Made by a program: the position numbers and the translations under genes. This document shows, one piece after another, positions 23,236 to 34,380 of a DNA stretch of 64,000 nucleotides. Source of the stretch: an uncultured delta proteobacterium. Its GTDB lineage: Bacteria; Myxococcota; Myxococcia; Myxococcales; Anaeromyxobacteraceae. A model generated the notes under the pieces. The model saw only the letters and a list, made by a program, of their open reading frames with translations. It made no database searches and was not told where the DNA came from. The stretch lies in contig CAVYBH010000015.1 in assembly GCA_963766715.1 (NCBI GenBank), forward strand, positions 364,756-428,755, read 5' to 3'. The number at the start of each line of letters is the position of its first letter. The first letter of the stretch is position 1.

Positions 23236-24283
23236 ATGTCCAAGGAGAGGGAGATCCGCGAGCAGCTGGAGGAGGCCGCCACGCACGGCGCCCGGCCGGC
23301 CAAGGCACAGGCCGCGCTCGCCCAGGTCCCGCGCCTCTTCGACGAGCTGGCCGCGCTGGAGGGCGAGCTCACGCGCGCCACCGCCGACGCCGAGGCCACG
23401 CTCCGGTCCGCCGCCCGCCACCTGGTGGCCGCCGGCGGGAAGCGCATCCGCCCCACCGTGGCGCTGCTCGCCTGCGGCGCGTGCGGGGGCGACATGGCCG
23501 CGGCCGTGCCCTTCGGCGTCGCCGCCGAGCTGACCCACTCCGCCACCCTCCTTCACGACGACGTCATCGACGACGGGCCGCTGCGCCGCGGCCAGCCCGC
23601 CTCCCGCGTCATCTGGGGGAACACGGTCTCGGTCCTGGCCGGCGACTGGCTGCTCACCCGATCCCTCGAGATCGTCGCCGGACACCCCGCGGCGGCGCGC
23701 GCCCTCCCCGCCCTGCTCGCCACCATGCGCCGGCTGGTCGAGGGCGAGGTGAAGCAGCTCTCGCTCCGCGGCGGCTTCCGGGCCACCGAGCGCGACTACT
23801 TCGAGGTCATCGAGGGCAAGACCGCGTCGCTCTTCGGCTGGGCCTGCGCGGCGGGCGGCTGGGCGGCGGGCGCCGACGGCGACGTCCCGGCGGCGCTCGG
23901 ACGGTTCGGCGAGGGCATCGGAACCGCCTTCCAGCTCGTCGACGACGCGCTCGACTACGCCGCGGACCCGGCCCAGCTCGGGCAAGCGGCTGGGCGCCGA
24001 CCTCGTCGAGGGGAAGGCCACCCTGCCCCTCATCCGCGCGCTGGCCGCCGAGCCGGCGCTCCGGGCCCGGCTCGCGCCCATCGCCGACGGCGCCGATCCC
24101 ACCGACGACCTCTGCCTCGAGGTGATCGCCTCGGTGAAGCGCACGGGCGGCGTCGAGGCGGCGCGCGCACTGGCGCGGGAGCAGACCCGCGAGGCGCTGG
24201 CCGCGCTCGAGCAGGTTCCCGACGGCCCCCACCGGCGCGCGCTGGTCGAGGCCGCCGTGGTGCTCACCGAGCGGGCTTTCTAG
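23236..24283 (+). CDS. ispB: Long-chain polyprenyl diphosphate synthase (frameshift ~23983)
   Basis: GGKRIRP, LLHDDVID, RRG, GD, KTA, FQLVDD; second frame gives ..GADLVEGKATLP. Confidence 0.9.
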
Positions 24284-24299
24284 ATCCCGGGCCCCGGCC

Positions 24300-24863
24300 T
24301 CACCCGGCCGGGAACCTCGCCACCCAGCGCGCCAGCTCCTCCAGGAGCTTTCCGAGGAACTTCCGCGTCCCCTCGTCGGTGAAGCGGCCCGCCGCGTCCT
24401 GCTTCTGGGGCGCGAGCGACACCAGCACCTCGGGCGACGGCACCACGATGCCGCCCATGGAGGCGACGATCCGCCGCAGGTCCATCTGGGACCGCACGGT
24501 GCCCATGGCGCCCGGCGAGGCCCCCGCGATGGCGACCACCTTCCCGCGAAGCGACGACTTCCCGCCCGGGCGCGAGGCCCAGTCGAGCGCGTTCTTCAGC
24601 ACGCCGGGCACCGAGTGGTTGTACTCGGGCGTCACGAGGAGCAGCGCGCCGGCCCGCTCGATCTCGCCCTTGAGACCGGCCACCGGCGCCGGGAGCCCCG
24701 CCGCCTCGACGTCGCCGTCGTAGGGCGGGATCGCGCCGAGCCCGTCCCAGAGCCGGACGGCCATTCCCGGAGGCGCCACCTCCTGCGCGGTGCGCAAGAG
24801 CGCCCGGTTGAGCGAGTCGCGCCGCAGGCTGCCGGCGATTCCGAGGACGTCGAGGTCGGCCAC
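24300..24863 (-). CDS. NADPH-dependent FMN reductase (ChrR-like)
   Basis: GSLRRDSLN, TPEYNHSVPGVLKNALDWASRP motifs. Confidence 0.92.
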   Translation of the reverse strand: MADLDVLGIAGSLRRDSLNRALLRTAQEVAPPGMAVRLWDGLGAIPPYDGDVEAAGLPAPVAGLKGEIERAGALLLVTPEYNHSVPGVLKNALDWASRPGGKSSLRGKVVAIAGASPGAMGTVRSQMDLRRIVASMGGIVVPSPEVLVSLAPQKQDAAGRFTDEGTRKFLGKLLEELARWVARFPAG

Positions 24864-24893
24864 GTCTGCTCCGGGGAGAGGGGTGGCCAGGGG

Positions 24894-25545
24894 TTAACCG
24901 GCCAGGCTCGTCCGCGTCCACGGGAGGCGCGTACACCGGGACCGGGAAGGCTCCCTCGACCGTCGCCCCGGCGCGCCCGTGGAGCCGCAGCTCCCAGCGG
25001 CGCCCCTCGGGAACCCGGATCTCGGTCCCCAGCCCGCGCGACGGGGCGGGCAGCTCGAAGGTCACCGCGGTCTCCGGGGCCGCCAGGATCACCTGCACGG
25101 CCCGGTACACCTCGACCTCCCGCCAGGCCTGCGCCGGCCTCGACGTCCTGCAGCCGCTCCTCCAGGCAGGCGAGCGTCACCTCGACCACGCCGCTGCCCG
25201 CAGGCGTGCGGACCGATCTCGACCTCCACCTCGAAGGGTTCGCCCAGGAAGAACGGGAACCGGTCGAAGCGCAGCCGCGCGCCGCCGCTCCGCCGCCATC
25301 GCCGCCGGAGCCAGGCCCCGCGCAGGAGCAGCCCGGCCGGCAGGAGGTCGGCCACCGCCACCAGGCCCGGCGAGACCAGGTCGGGGCGCCCCGCCGCGAG
25401 CGCGTTCCAGGGGAGGAGCACCGCCGCCGCGGCCACGCCCCACCAGAGCACCTTCCGGGCGCGCCGCTCCGGCCGGGCCTGCCTCGCCCGACGGGTTCCA
25501 GGGGTGGTCGGAACGCCAGGGCTGCGGCGGGTCGGCGGCCAGCAC
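24894..25545 (-). CDS. Hypothetical membrane protein (multiple frameshifts)
   Basis: PWRSDHPWNP, two TM helices, FDRFPFFLGE, WELRL, FPVPVY spread over three frames; ends uncertain. Confidence 0.5.
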
Positions 25546-25552
25546 GGCGGGG

Positions 25553-26395
25553 TCAGCGCTCCTGGAACTCGGGCGTCACTGGCGGTACGAGCCCGAGCGC
25601 GGCCGCCTCGGCCAGGAAGAGGCGCACGGCCTCCTTGCCCTTCGGCCCGGCGTCGCGCGTCCAGTCGTTCACGTACATGCCGACGAACTTGTCGGCCTGC
25701 GCGCGCGGCAGCCCGCGGGCGAACCCCATGGCGTAATCGAGCGCCTGCTCCCGGTGCGCCAGGCCGTAGTCCACCGTCTCGGCCATGACCCGGGCCAGCG
25801 TCCGCCGGAGCGGCGCGGGCAGGTCGCGCCGGAGCGCGTTCATGCCGAGCGGCAGCGGCAGGCCGGTGCGCTCCTTCCAGCTCACCCCCAGGTCCTCGAT
25901 GACGCGGAAGCCCTCCTCCCGCGCGGTGAGCTGCCCCTCGTGGATGACCAGGCCGGCCTCGGCCTTCCCCAGCTTCACCGCCCGTCCCACGTCCTTGAAG
26001 TCGACGTACATGGGGTCGAAGCCGGGGATGCGCATCCGGAGCGCCAGCACGGCGCTGGTCCACGGGCCGGGGACGGCGATGCGCGCCCGCCCCAGCTCCT
26101 CGAGCCGCCCGAACTGGGAGGTCTGGTTCACGATCACCGTGGGCCCGTAGCCGTCGCCGAAGGAGGCGCCGGCGTCGAGCAGCAGGTACTTGTCGTGCAG
26201 GTGGGCGTAGGCGTGCACGGAGATGGCGGTGATGTCGTGCACCACCTCCTGCGCCTTCTGGTTGAGCGACTCGATGTCCCCGAACTCCTGCACGAACTCG
26301 AGCCCGTCGGCCTTCACCGCGCCGGAGAAGAGCCCGTAGAACATGAACGCGTCGTCGGAGTCGGGGCTGTGGGCCACCCGGATCGTCTGCGGCAT
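25553..26395 (-). CDS. mqnD: 1,4-dihydroxy-6-naphthoate synthase
   Basis: HSPDSDDAFMFY, DIESLN, SFGDGYGP, IHEGQL, LPLPLG, MYVN motifs. Confidence 0.92.
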   Translation of the reverse strand: MPQTIRVAHSPDSDDAFMFYGLFSGAVKADGLEFVQEFGDIESLNQKAQEVVHDITAISVHAYAHLHDKYLLLDAGASFGDGYGPTVIVNQTSQFGRLEELGRARIAVPGPWTSAVLALRMRIPGFDPMYVDFKDVGRAVKLGKAEAGLVIHEGQLTAREEGFRVIEDLGVSWKERTGLPLPLGMNALRRDLPAPLRRTLARVMAETVDYGLAHREQALDYAMGFARGLPRAQADKFVGMYVNDWTRDAGPKGKEAVRLFLAEAAALGLVPPVTPEFQER

Positions 26396-26411
26396 GGGCG
26401 CCACTCATATC

Positions 26412-26429
26412 TTTCAGCGATCGTTGAAA
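26412..26429. promoter_or_regulatory. Palindromic operator between divergent mqnD and ubiD-like gene
   Basis: TTTCAGCGATCGTTGAAA: near-perfect AT-rich inverted repeat in a ~65-bp divergent spacer. Confidence 0.65.
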
Positions 26430-26462
26430 CAAGTGGCGGATGGGAGTAGATCCCGCCATCCC

Positions 26463-27977
26463 ATGGCCTACCGGTCCCTGCGCGAATTCCTCGATCGACT
26501 GGCGCGGGCCGGCGAGCTCACCCGCGTCCCCGAGCCCGTCGACCTCCGGCTCGACATGGCGGCCCTCGCCGACCGCGCCGCCAAGCAGGGCGGCCCGGCG
26601 CTCCTCTTCGAGAAGCCCTCCTCCGGCGTCATGCCGGTGGCGATGAACCTCTTCGGGACCCGGCGCCGCGCCGCCTGGGCGCTGTCCTGCGAGGACCTCG
26701 AGGAGCCGGCCAACGAGCTGCGCGCGCTGCTCAAGATGGCGCCGCCGCAGGGGCTCTGGGACAAGCTCAAGATGATCCCGAAGCTCGGCAAGCTGGCCGC
26801 GCTGCCGCCGAAGCACGTCTCGTCCGGGCCGGTGCAGGAGGTGGTGGACCGCGAGCCCGACCTGGGGTCGATCCCGGTGCTCACCACCTGGCCCCACGAC
26901 GGCGGCCCCTTCATCACCCTGCCGCAGGTCATCACGCGCGACCCGGAGACCGGGATCCGCAACGTCGGGATGTACCGCTGCCAGGTGATGGGGCCCCGCA
27001 AGCTCGGCCTCCACTGGCAGCTCCACAAGACCGCCCACGCCCACTGGCGCGCCTACCGGAAGCGCGGCGAGCGCATGCCGGTGGCCATCGCGCTGGGCGG
27101 CGATCCGGCCCTCACCTACTGCGCGTCGGCGCCGCTCCCGCCGGGCATCGACGAGTACCTCTTCGCCGGCTTCCTGCGGAAGGAGTCGGTGCACATGGTG
27201 AAGGGCGTGACCGTGGACCTGGAGGTCCCGGCCGAGGCCGACGTGGTCATCGAGGGCTACGTCTCCGACGGCGGCGTGGTCCGCGAGGGGCCCTTCGGCG
27301 ACCACACCGGCTACTACTCGCTCGCCGACGACTATCCCTTCCTCGAGGTCACGGCCATCACGCGCCGCAAGGACGCCATCTACCCGGCCACGGTGGTCGG
27401 GCCGCCGCCGATGGAGGACTACTGGATGGGCACCGCCACCGAGCGGCTCTTCCTGCCCATGCTCCAGCTGGTCTTCCCCGAGGTGGTGGACATGTCCTTC
27501 CCGCCGGAGGGGGTGTTCCACAACCTCTGCTTCCTCTCGGTGAGGAAGGACTTCCCCGGCCACGCCAAGAAGCTCATGCACGGCCTGTGGGGCTCGGGGC
27601 AGATGTCGGCCACGAAGACGCTGGTGGTCTTCGACGAGGACGTCGACGTCCACGACTTCTCCCAGTGCGCCTGGCGCGCCTTCGCGAACGTCGACGCCAG
27701 GCGGGACATGGTGGTGGTCGACGGCCCGGTCGACGTGCTCGACCACGCCTCCACCGCCTTCGGCCTGGGGGCCAAGGTGGGCATCGACGCCACCAAGAAG
27801 TGGGTCGAGGAGGGCGGGCGCGAGTGGCCGGAGCCCTGCGTGCACCCGCCCGAGGTGATCGCCCGCATGGACGCCCTCTACGAGCGGCTCGTCCCCGGGG
27901 CGCCCGCGCCGGTGCGCCCGCGCATCGCGCCGCCGCCCGCCGCCAGCTGGACGCCGCGCCGCGGGAGCGGGGCGTGA
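26463..27977 (+). CDS. ubiD: UbiD-family menaquinone biosynthesis decarboxylase (MqnL)
   Basis: PALLFE, DGGPFIT, RNVGMYR, EGPFGDHTGYY, GPPPMED, GIDAT motifs; futalosine context. Confidence 0.92.
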   Translation: MAYRSLREFLDRLARAGELTRVPEPVDLRLDMAALADRAAKQGGPALLFEKPSSGVMPVAMNLFGTRRRAAWALSCEDLEEPANELRALLKMAPPQGLWDKLKMIPKLGKLAALPPKHVSSGPVQEVVDREPDLGSIPVLTTWPHDGGPFITLPQVITRDPETGIRNVGMYRCQVMGPRKLGLHWQLHKTAHAHWRAYRKRGERMPVAIALGGDPALTYCASAPLPPGIDEYLFAGFLRKESVHMVKGVTVDLEVPAEADVVIEGYVSDGGVVREGPFGDHTGYYSLADDYPFLEVTAITRRKDAIYPATVVGPPPMEDYWMGTATERLFLPMLQLVFPEVVDMSFPPEGVFHNLCFLSVRKDFPGHAKKLMHGLWGSGQMSATKTLVVFDEDVDVHDFSQCAWRAFANVDARRDMVVVDGPVDVLDHASTAFGLGAKVGIDATKKWVEEGGREWPEPCVHPPEVIARMDALYERLVPGAPAPVRPRIAPPPAASWTPRRGSGA

Positions 27978-28678
27978 GCGGCGTTCCCCTTCCCGGGCAG
28001 GGCGAGCGGGCCCAGGCGGTGCGGGCCATGTTCGACCGCATCGCGCCCACCTACGACCTGCTCAACCGCGTGATGACGCTGCGGGTCGACCAGCTCTGGC
28101 GCCGCAAGCTGGTGCGGACGCTCCGGCTCGCGCCGGGCGAGCGGCTCCTCGACGTCTGCGCCGGGACCATGGACGTGGCCGCCGAGGCCCGCCGCCGGTA
28201 CCCCGAGGCCATCGTGCTGGGCAGCGACTTCTCCATCCCCATGCTGTCGCGCGGAGCGGCCAAGACCGGCCTCCCCGCCGCCACCGCCGACGCCCTCCAC
28301 CTCCCCTTCCGCCCGGGCTCGGTCGACGCCGTCACCGTGGCCTTCGGCGTGCGCAACCTGGACAGCCACGAGGCCGGCCTGGCCGAGCTGGCCCGGGTCA
28401 TGAAGCCCGGCGCCCGCCTGGGAATCCTCGAGTTCTTCCGGCCCGAGTCCACCGGCACGCGCGCCTTCCACGGCGCCTACAACCGGCTGGCCCTGCCGGT
28501 GATGGGGCGCCTGCTCTCCGCCGACGCCGACGCCTATCGCTACCTGGTCGAGTCGATGGAGCGCTTCGCGTCCATGCCCGAGTTCGTGGCCGCGGCGGAG
28601 CGGGCCGGCTTCCGCGACGTCCGCGGGGAGGCGCTCTTCCCCGGCGTCTGCGGCCTGGTCACGGGGGTGCGCGCGTGA
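27974..28678 (+). CDS. menG: Demethylmenaquinone methyltransferase
   Basis: MFDRIAPTYDLLN, LDVCAGT, DALHLPF, AFGVRN, ILEF, YRYLVES motifs. Confidence 0.92.
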   Translation: MSGVPLPGQGERAQAVRAMFDRIAPTYDLLNRVMTLRVDQLWRRKLVRTLRLAPGERLLDVCAGTMDVAAEARRRYPEAIVLGSDFSIPMLSRGAAKTGLPAATADALHLPFRPGSVDAVTVAFGVRNLDSHEAGLAELARVMKPGARLGILEFFRPESTGTRAFHGAYNRLALPVMGRLLSADADAYRYLVESMERFASMPEFVAAAERAGFRDVRGEALFPGVCGLVTGVRA

Positions 28679-29268
28679 AGATCGTGGTCGGCGTGGGCGG
28701 CGCGTCCGGAGCGCCCTATGCGAAGCGGCTGCTCGACTTCCTGGCCCGCGAGGGGCCGGCGGCGGGCGTCTCGGTGGACCTGGTCTTCACCACCACCGGC
28801 CGCCAGATCTGGACCCACGAGATCGGGTCGGCGCCCGACTACCCGTTCCGGGTCTGGAAGAACCAGGACCTCACCGCGCCCTTCGCCTCCGGGAGCGCCC
28901 GGTACGACGCCATGGCCATCGTGCCCTGCTCGGCGGCGGGGCTGGCCCGGGTGGCCTACGGCGTCTCCACCGACCTGGTGGGGCGCGCCGCCGACGTGAT
29001 GCTCAAGGAGCGCAAGCGGCTCGTGCTCCTGCTCCGCGAGACCCCCATCTCCCTCATCCACGCCCGCGCCATCGCGCAGGTGGTCGAGGCGGGGGCCTTC
29101 GTCATGCCGGCCACGCCCAGCTTCTACTCCCAGCCGAAGACCATCGACGAGCTGGTGGACACCGTGGTGGCCCGGGTGCTCGACCGGCTCGGGATCCCCA
29201 ACGAGATGATGCGCCGCTGGGACGGGATCTCGCCCCACCACTGCGGCGATCCGACGGAGGTAGCCTGA
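28675..29268 (+). CDS. ubiX: UbiX-family flavin prenyltransferase
   Basis: GASG, ASGS, PCS, RAADVMLKE, RETP, PSFY motifs. Confidence 0.93.
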   Translation: MKIVVGVGGASGAPYAKRLLDFLAREGPAAGVSVDLVFTTTGRQIWTHEIGSAPDYPFRVWKNQDLTAPFASGSARYDAMAIVPCSAAGLARVAYGVSTDLVGRAADVMLKERKRLVLLLRETPISLIHARAIAQVVEAGAFVMPATPSFYSQPKTIDELVDTVVARVLDRLGIPNEMMRRWDGISPHHCGDPTEVA

Positions 29269-30416
29269 TGCTCTCTTCCCTGGCACACCGCGCGCTCGAG
29301 CGGGACGGGCTCGGCCCGATCCGCGACAAGGTGCTCGCCGGCGAGCGGCTCACCGAGGCCGAGGCCGTCACCCTCTTCGAGGCCCGCGACCTGGCCGCGC
29401 TGGGCGCGCTCGCCAACCACGTCCGCGAGCAGCGGCACGGCGACCTCACCTTCTACAACCGCAACGTCCACCTGAACCCCACCAACGTCTGCGTGGCGAC
29501 CTGCAAGTTCTGCTCGTTCGCGCGCCCGGACGACAAGCACGCCAGCGAGGGATACACGATGTCCCTCGAGCAGTCGGTGCAGCACGTGGTCTCGAAGCGC
29601 GCGCTGGGGATCACCGAGGTGCACATCGTCTCCGGGCTGCACCCCGACCTTCCCTGGGAGTACTACCTCGAGACCATCCGGCGGATCCGCCAGGCCTGGC
29701 CGGAGCTGCACATCAAGGGGTACACCGCGGTCGAGCTGCACTTCTTCGCCGAGAAGTTCGGGAAGACCCACGAGCAGGTCCTGCGCGAGCTCATCGACGC
29801 CGGGCTCACCACCATCCCGGGCGGCGGCGCCGAGATCTTCGCCTCGCGGGTCCGCCGGAAGATCTGCGACGACAAGGCCACCGCCGAGCAGTGGCTCGAG
29901 GTGCACCGCGCCGCCCACCGGCTGGGGCTCAAGTCGAACGCCACCATGCTCTACGGGCACATCGAGACCCTGGCCGAGCGGGTCGACCACATGGCCCGGC
30001 TGCGCGCGCTCCAGGACGAGACCGGCGGCTTCCAGGTCTTCATCCCGCTCGCCTTCCACCCCGAGCACAACATGATCGGCAAGGCCTTCCCGAAGCCCAC
30101 CGGCTACGACGGCCTGCGCACCTTCGCGGTGGCGCGCCTCTTCCTCGACAACTTCGACCACGTGAAGGCGTACTGGGTGTCGCTCGGCGAGCGCCTGGCC
30201 CAGGCCTCGCTCTCCTTCGGGGTCGACGACGTGGACGGCACGGTGCTCGAGGAGCGCATCTACCACATGGCCGGGGCCACCACGCCCCAGGCCCTCTCCG
30301 AGGCCCAGCTCCACCGCATGATCCGCTTCGCCGGGCGCGTGCCCGCCGAGCGCGACAGCCTCTACCACGTGCTCCGGGTCCACGAAGCCCAGGCGCCCGT
30401 CCCCGCCACCGCCTGA
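29268..30416 (+). CDS. mqnE: Aminofutalosine synthase (radical SAM)
   Basis: CVATCKFCSF, EVHIVSGLHP, PGGGAEIF, NATMLYGHIE, HVKAYW, DGTVLEERI motifs. Confidence 0.92.
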   Translation: MLSSLAHRALERDGLGPIRDKVLAGERLTEAEAVTLFEARDLAALGALANHVREQRHGDLTFYNRNVHLNPTNVCVATCKFCSFARPDDKHASEGYTMSLEQSVQHVVSKRALGITEVHIVSGLHPDLPWEYYLETIRRIRQAWPELHIKGYTAVELHFFAEKFGKTHEQVLRELIDAGLTTIPGGGAEIFASRVRRKICDDKATAEQWLEVHRAAHRLGLKSNATMLYGHIETLAERVDHMARLRALQDETGGFQVFIPLAFHPEHNMIGKAFPKPTGYDGLRTFAVARLFLDNFDHVKAYWVSLGERLAQASLSFGVDDVDGTVLEERIYHMAGATTPQALSEAQLHRMIRFAGRVPAERDSLYHVLRVHEAQAPVPATA

Positions 30417-30423
30417 GGCAGAG

Positions 30424-32294
30424 ATGAAGCTCCGCGCCGCAGCCGTCTCCTTCCTGAACGCGCGCCCCCTCACCGCGGGGCTCGCCGGCAGTCCCCTCAT
30501 CGACCTGGTGCTGGCCGAGCCCTCGCTGTGCGCCTCGATGCTCGAGGCCGGCGACGTGGACCTGGCGCTCCTCCCGGTGGGCGCGCTGCCCGGGCGCGAC
30601 TGGGAGGTGGTGCCGGGCATCGGCATCGGCGCCGACGGGCCGGTGCAGACCGTGGTGCTCGCCGGCGAGGAGCCGCCCGAGCGCGTGGGACGAGGTCTTC
30701 CTCGACACCGCCTCGCGCACCTCGCAGATCCTGGCCCAGCTGGTGATGCGCGAGCGCGGCCTCTCGCCCCGCTACACGCACATGCCCGCGCTCGAGGGGC
30801 TGGCCCGCGCCGTCGGGCCCGAAGGGGGCGCTGGTCATCGGCGACCGGGCCTTCGACGTGAGGAAGAAGGTGGTCCTCGACCTCGCCCGCGAGTGGAACC
30901 GGCTCACGAAGCTCCCCATGGTCTTCGCCGTCTGGGCGGCGCGGCCCGGCGCGCTCCGCCCCGAGGACGTCCAGGAGCTGGCCCGCGGCGCGCAGGTCGG
31001 GCTGGGGATGCGCACCGAGCTGGCCCAGCAGTTCGCCCGCGAGGCCGGCGGCGATCCGGAGGCCTACCGCCGCTACCTGACCCAGAAGATCCGCTACGGC
31101 CTGGGGCCCCACGAGCTCGACGGGCTGGAGGCCTTCCTCTCCCGCGCCGCCGAGGCCGGCCTGGTCCCGCCCACGGCGCTGCGCTTCGCCGACGACGTGG
31201 TGCGCAGCCGCCGCATCCGCCGCGCGGTGTCGATCGACCTGGCCCTGCAGAAGGGGGCCGACGGCGTCCGCCTCGACCCCGACGAGGCCGAGGCGCTCGA
31301 CGAGAAGGCGCCGCTGCTCGAGCTGGGGCTGGCCGCCGACATGCGCCGCCGCGCGCTCCACCCGGACGGCGTGGTCACCTACATCGTGTCGCGCAACATG
31401 AACTACACGAACGTGTGCACCACGGCGTGCTCGTTCTGCGCGTTCTACCGCCCCCGCGGCCACGGCGAGGCCTACGTCCTCGACCGCGGCCAGATGGCGA
31501 GGAAGATCGAGGAGACGCTGGCGCTGGGCGGCATCGAGATCCTGCTGCAGGGCGGCCTCCACCCCGACCTGGGCGTCGAGTGGTACGAGGACCTCTTCCG
31601 CTGGGTGAAGTCCACCTACCCGGCCATCAACCTGCACGCGCTCTCTCCCGAGGAGATCTGGCACATCGCCCGCACCAGCCAGCTGTCGCTCGACGCCACC
31701 GTCGACCGGCTGGTGGCGGCCGGGCTCGACTCGATCCCGGGCGGCGGGGCCGAGGTGCTCGACGACGAGGTGCGCCGGCGCATCGCCCCGCTCAAGTGCT
31801 CCACCGACGAGTGGCTCACGGTCATGCGGGCCGCCCACCTCAAGGGGCTGAGGAGCACCGCCACGCTGATGTTCGGCGTGGGCGAGGACTCCCGGCAGCG
31901 CGTGAACCACTTCCTCCGGCTGCGCGAGCTGCAGGACGAGACCCAGGGGTTCACCGCCTTCATCTGCTGGACGTTCCAGCCGGAGAACACGCGGCTCGAT
32001 CCGTCGGACAACAGCGCCCACGCCTACCTGCGCGTGAACGCGCTGGCCCGGCTGGTCCTCGACAACGTGCCCAACTTCCAGGCCTCCTGGGTGACCATGG
32101 GCGGCGGCGTCGCCCAGGCCTCGCTCCACATGGGCTGCAACGACTTCGGCAGCGTGATGATCGAGGAGAACGTGGTGAGCGCGGCGGGGACCACCTTCCA
32201 GATGGACTCGGAGGAGGTCGAGCGCCACATCCGCGACGCCGGGTTCCAGCCGGCGCGCCGCAACATGCGCTACCAGCTCATCGGGCAGGCCTAG
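30424..32294 (+). CDS. mqnA-mqnC: Fused MqnA chorismate dehydratase - MqnC cyclic dehypoxanthinyl futalosine synthase (frameshifts ~30680, ~30822 within the MqnA part)
   Basis: MqnA motifs VSFLNARPL, SRTS, LVIGDRA, DLAREW..T.LPMVFAVW; the last runs in frame into MqnC RNMNYTNVCTTACSFCAF, LLQGG, QASWVT, DFGSVMIEENVV. Confidence 0.85.
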
Positions 32295-32303
32295 GGATCC
32301 CGC

Positions 32304-33513
32304 GTGCCCGTCCGCGTCGTCGCCGCGCCCTGGGTGCTTCCCGGACCGGACGCCGCCCCCTGGGCCGACGGCGCGGTCGCGCTCGACGGCGACCGGGTCG
32401 TCGACGCGGGGCCGCGCGCCGAGGTCGAGGCGCGCCACGGCCCGGCCGGGCCGATCGACGCGGTGATCCTCCCGGCGCTGGTGAACGCGCACCTCCACCT
32501 GGAGCTCACCCACCTGGCCGGGAGGGTGCCCGGGCGGCGGCGGCCTGGTCCGGTGGATCGAGGCGCTGGTGGCGGCCCGGGCGCGCGGCGGGGCCATCGA
32601 GGAGGGCATGGCCCGGGGCGCGGCGGCGCTGCGCGAGGCGGGCGTGGCCGCGGTGGGCGACGTGACGAACGGCCTCGGGTCCGGGACGTCACCTGGCGCA
32701 CGAGGGGATCGCCGGCACGCTCTTCCTCGAGATCTACGGATTCTCCGAGGAGCGGGCCGGCGAGCGCGCTGCGGCTGGCCGGCGAGCTCCGGGCGCGGAT
32801 GGGCGATCCGGGCCCGGGCCTCCGCGTGGCGCCGAGCCCGCACGCCGTCTACTCCACCCACCTCCCCACCGCCGCCTCGCTGCTCCGGGCGGGGCCGGCG
32901 TCAATCCACCTCGCCGAGGTGCCCGAGGAGCGCCGGTTCGTCGCCGAGGCGTCCGGCCCCTTCGCCGATCTCGTGCTGCGGCTCGGGCTCGCCGCCCGGC
33001 GAGCTCCGCCCCTTCGCCCGGTCTCCGGTGGCCGCGGTCGCGGCCCACCTCGGGCCGGAGTCGCTGGTGGTGCACGCGGTGGACGTGGACGACGAGGACC
33101 TGGCCGCGCTGCGCCGGTCCGGCGCCACCGTGGTGCTCTGCCCGCGGTCGAACCGGCACATCTCCGGCGTCCTCCCCGACCTGCCGCGGCTGCTCGCGGC
33201 CGGCATCCCGCTCGCCGTCGGGACCGACTCGCTCGCCTCGTCGCCGTCCCTCTCGCCGCTCGAGGAGCTGGCGGTGCTGCACCGGGCCTTCCCGGAGGTC
33301 GACCCGCGGCGCCATCGCTCGCGCTGGCGCTGGAACGGCGCCGCGGTGGGCGCCCCGGCGGTGGGACGGCTCTCCCCGGGCTCGGCTCCCGGCGTGCTCG
33401 CCGCTCCGCTCCGCGGCGAGCGGCCCGCCGACCCGTTCGCCTGGCTCCTCGAGAACGCGCCCCCTCGCCCCTTCGAGTGGCTCGCCCGCCACCGGCCGGA
33501 GTCCCGCGCATGA
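32304..33513 (+). CDS. Amidohydrolase, probable aminodeoxyfutalosine deaminase (several frameshifts)
   Basis: NAHLHLE, SPHAVYS, IHLAE, VHAV, CPRSN, GTDSLAS motifs; located inside the mqn operon. Confidence 0.75.
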
Positions 33514-34380
33514 CCGTCGGCGCCGTCGCACGAATGGTGAAGTTCTCCCACTCCCTCTTCGCGCTGCCCTTCGCGGTGAGCGCGGTGGTGCTGGTGGCCG
33601 GGCAGGCCACCCTCGACCCGGTCCGGCTGGGCCTCGTCGCGCTGGCCGTGGTGGCGGCGCGCACGGCCGCCATGGCCATGAACCGCATCGCCGACCGGCG
33701 GTTCGACGCGGCGAACCCGCGAACCCAGGCCCGGGAGCTGGTCACCGGCGAGGTCTCGCCCGCGTCGGCCCGGCTCCTGCTCGCGGCGTCGAGCCTCGCC
33801 TTCGTCGCGGCGGCGGCGCTCATCTCCCCGCTCACCGGCTGGCTCGCGCTGCCGGTGCTCGCCATCCTGCTCGGCTACTCCTACGCCAAGCGCTTCACCT
33901 GGGCGTGCCACCTCTGGCTCGGCGTGGCCCAGGCGCTCGGGCCGATCGGCGTGGCCATCGCGCTCACCGGAACCGCGCCGCCGGCGGCGCTGCTGCTCGG
34001 CCTGGGCGTGGGCGCCTGGATCGGCGGCTTCGACGTCTTCTACTCGATGCAGGACATGGAGTTCGACCGCTCGCAGGGGCTCGAGTCCATCCCGGCCCGC
34101 TTCGGGATCGACGGGCGCGCTGGGCTGGGCCCGCGGGCTCCACGCGCTCGGCGTGGCCGCCATCCTGGCCGCCGGCTCGGTGGGGCGGCAGGGGCCGTCC
34201 TGGTTCCTGGGCACGGCCATCCTGGCGGCGGTCCTCCTCGCCGAGCACCTCTACGTGGCGCCCCACGGCGAGCTCCGGCCGGAGCGGATCGGCAAGGCCT
34301 TCTTCGACTTCAACGCCTTCGCCTCGGTGGCCTTCGCGCTCTGCGCCATCGCCGGCCTGCTGCTGCGGGGGCACGCATGA
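33510..34380 (+). CDS. mqnP: UbiA-family polyprenyltransferase (MqnP; frameshift ~34112)
   Basis: KFSHSLFALPF, ARTAAMAMNRIADRRFDAANPRT, YSYAKRFT, GFDVFYSMQD motifs. Confidence 0.88.
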
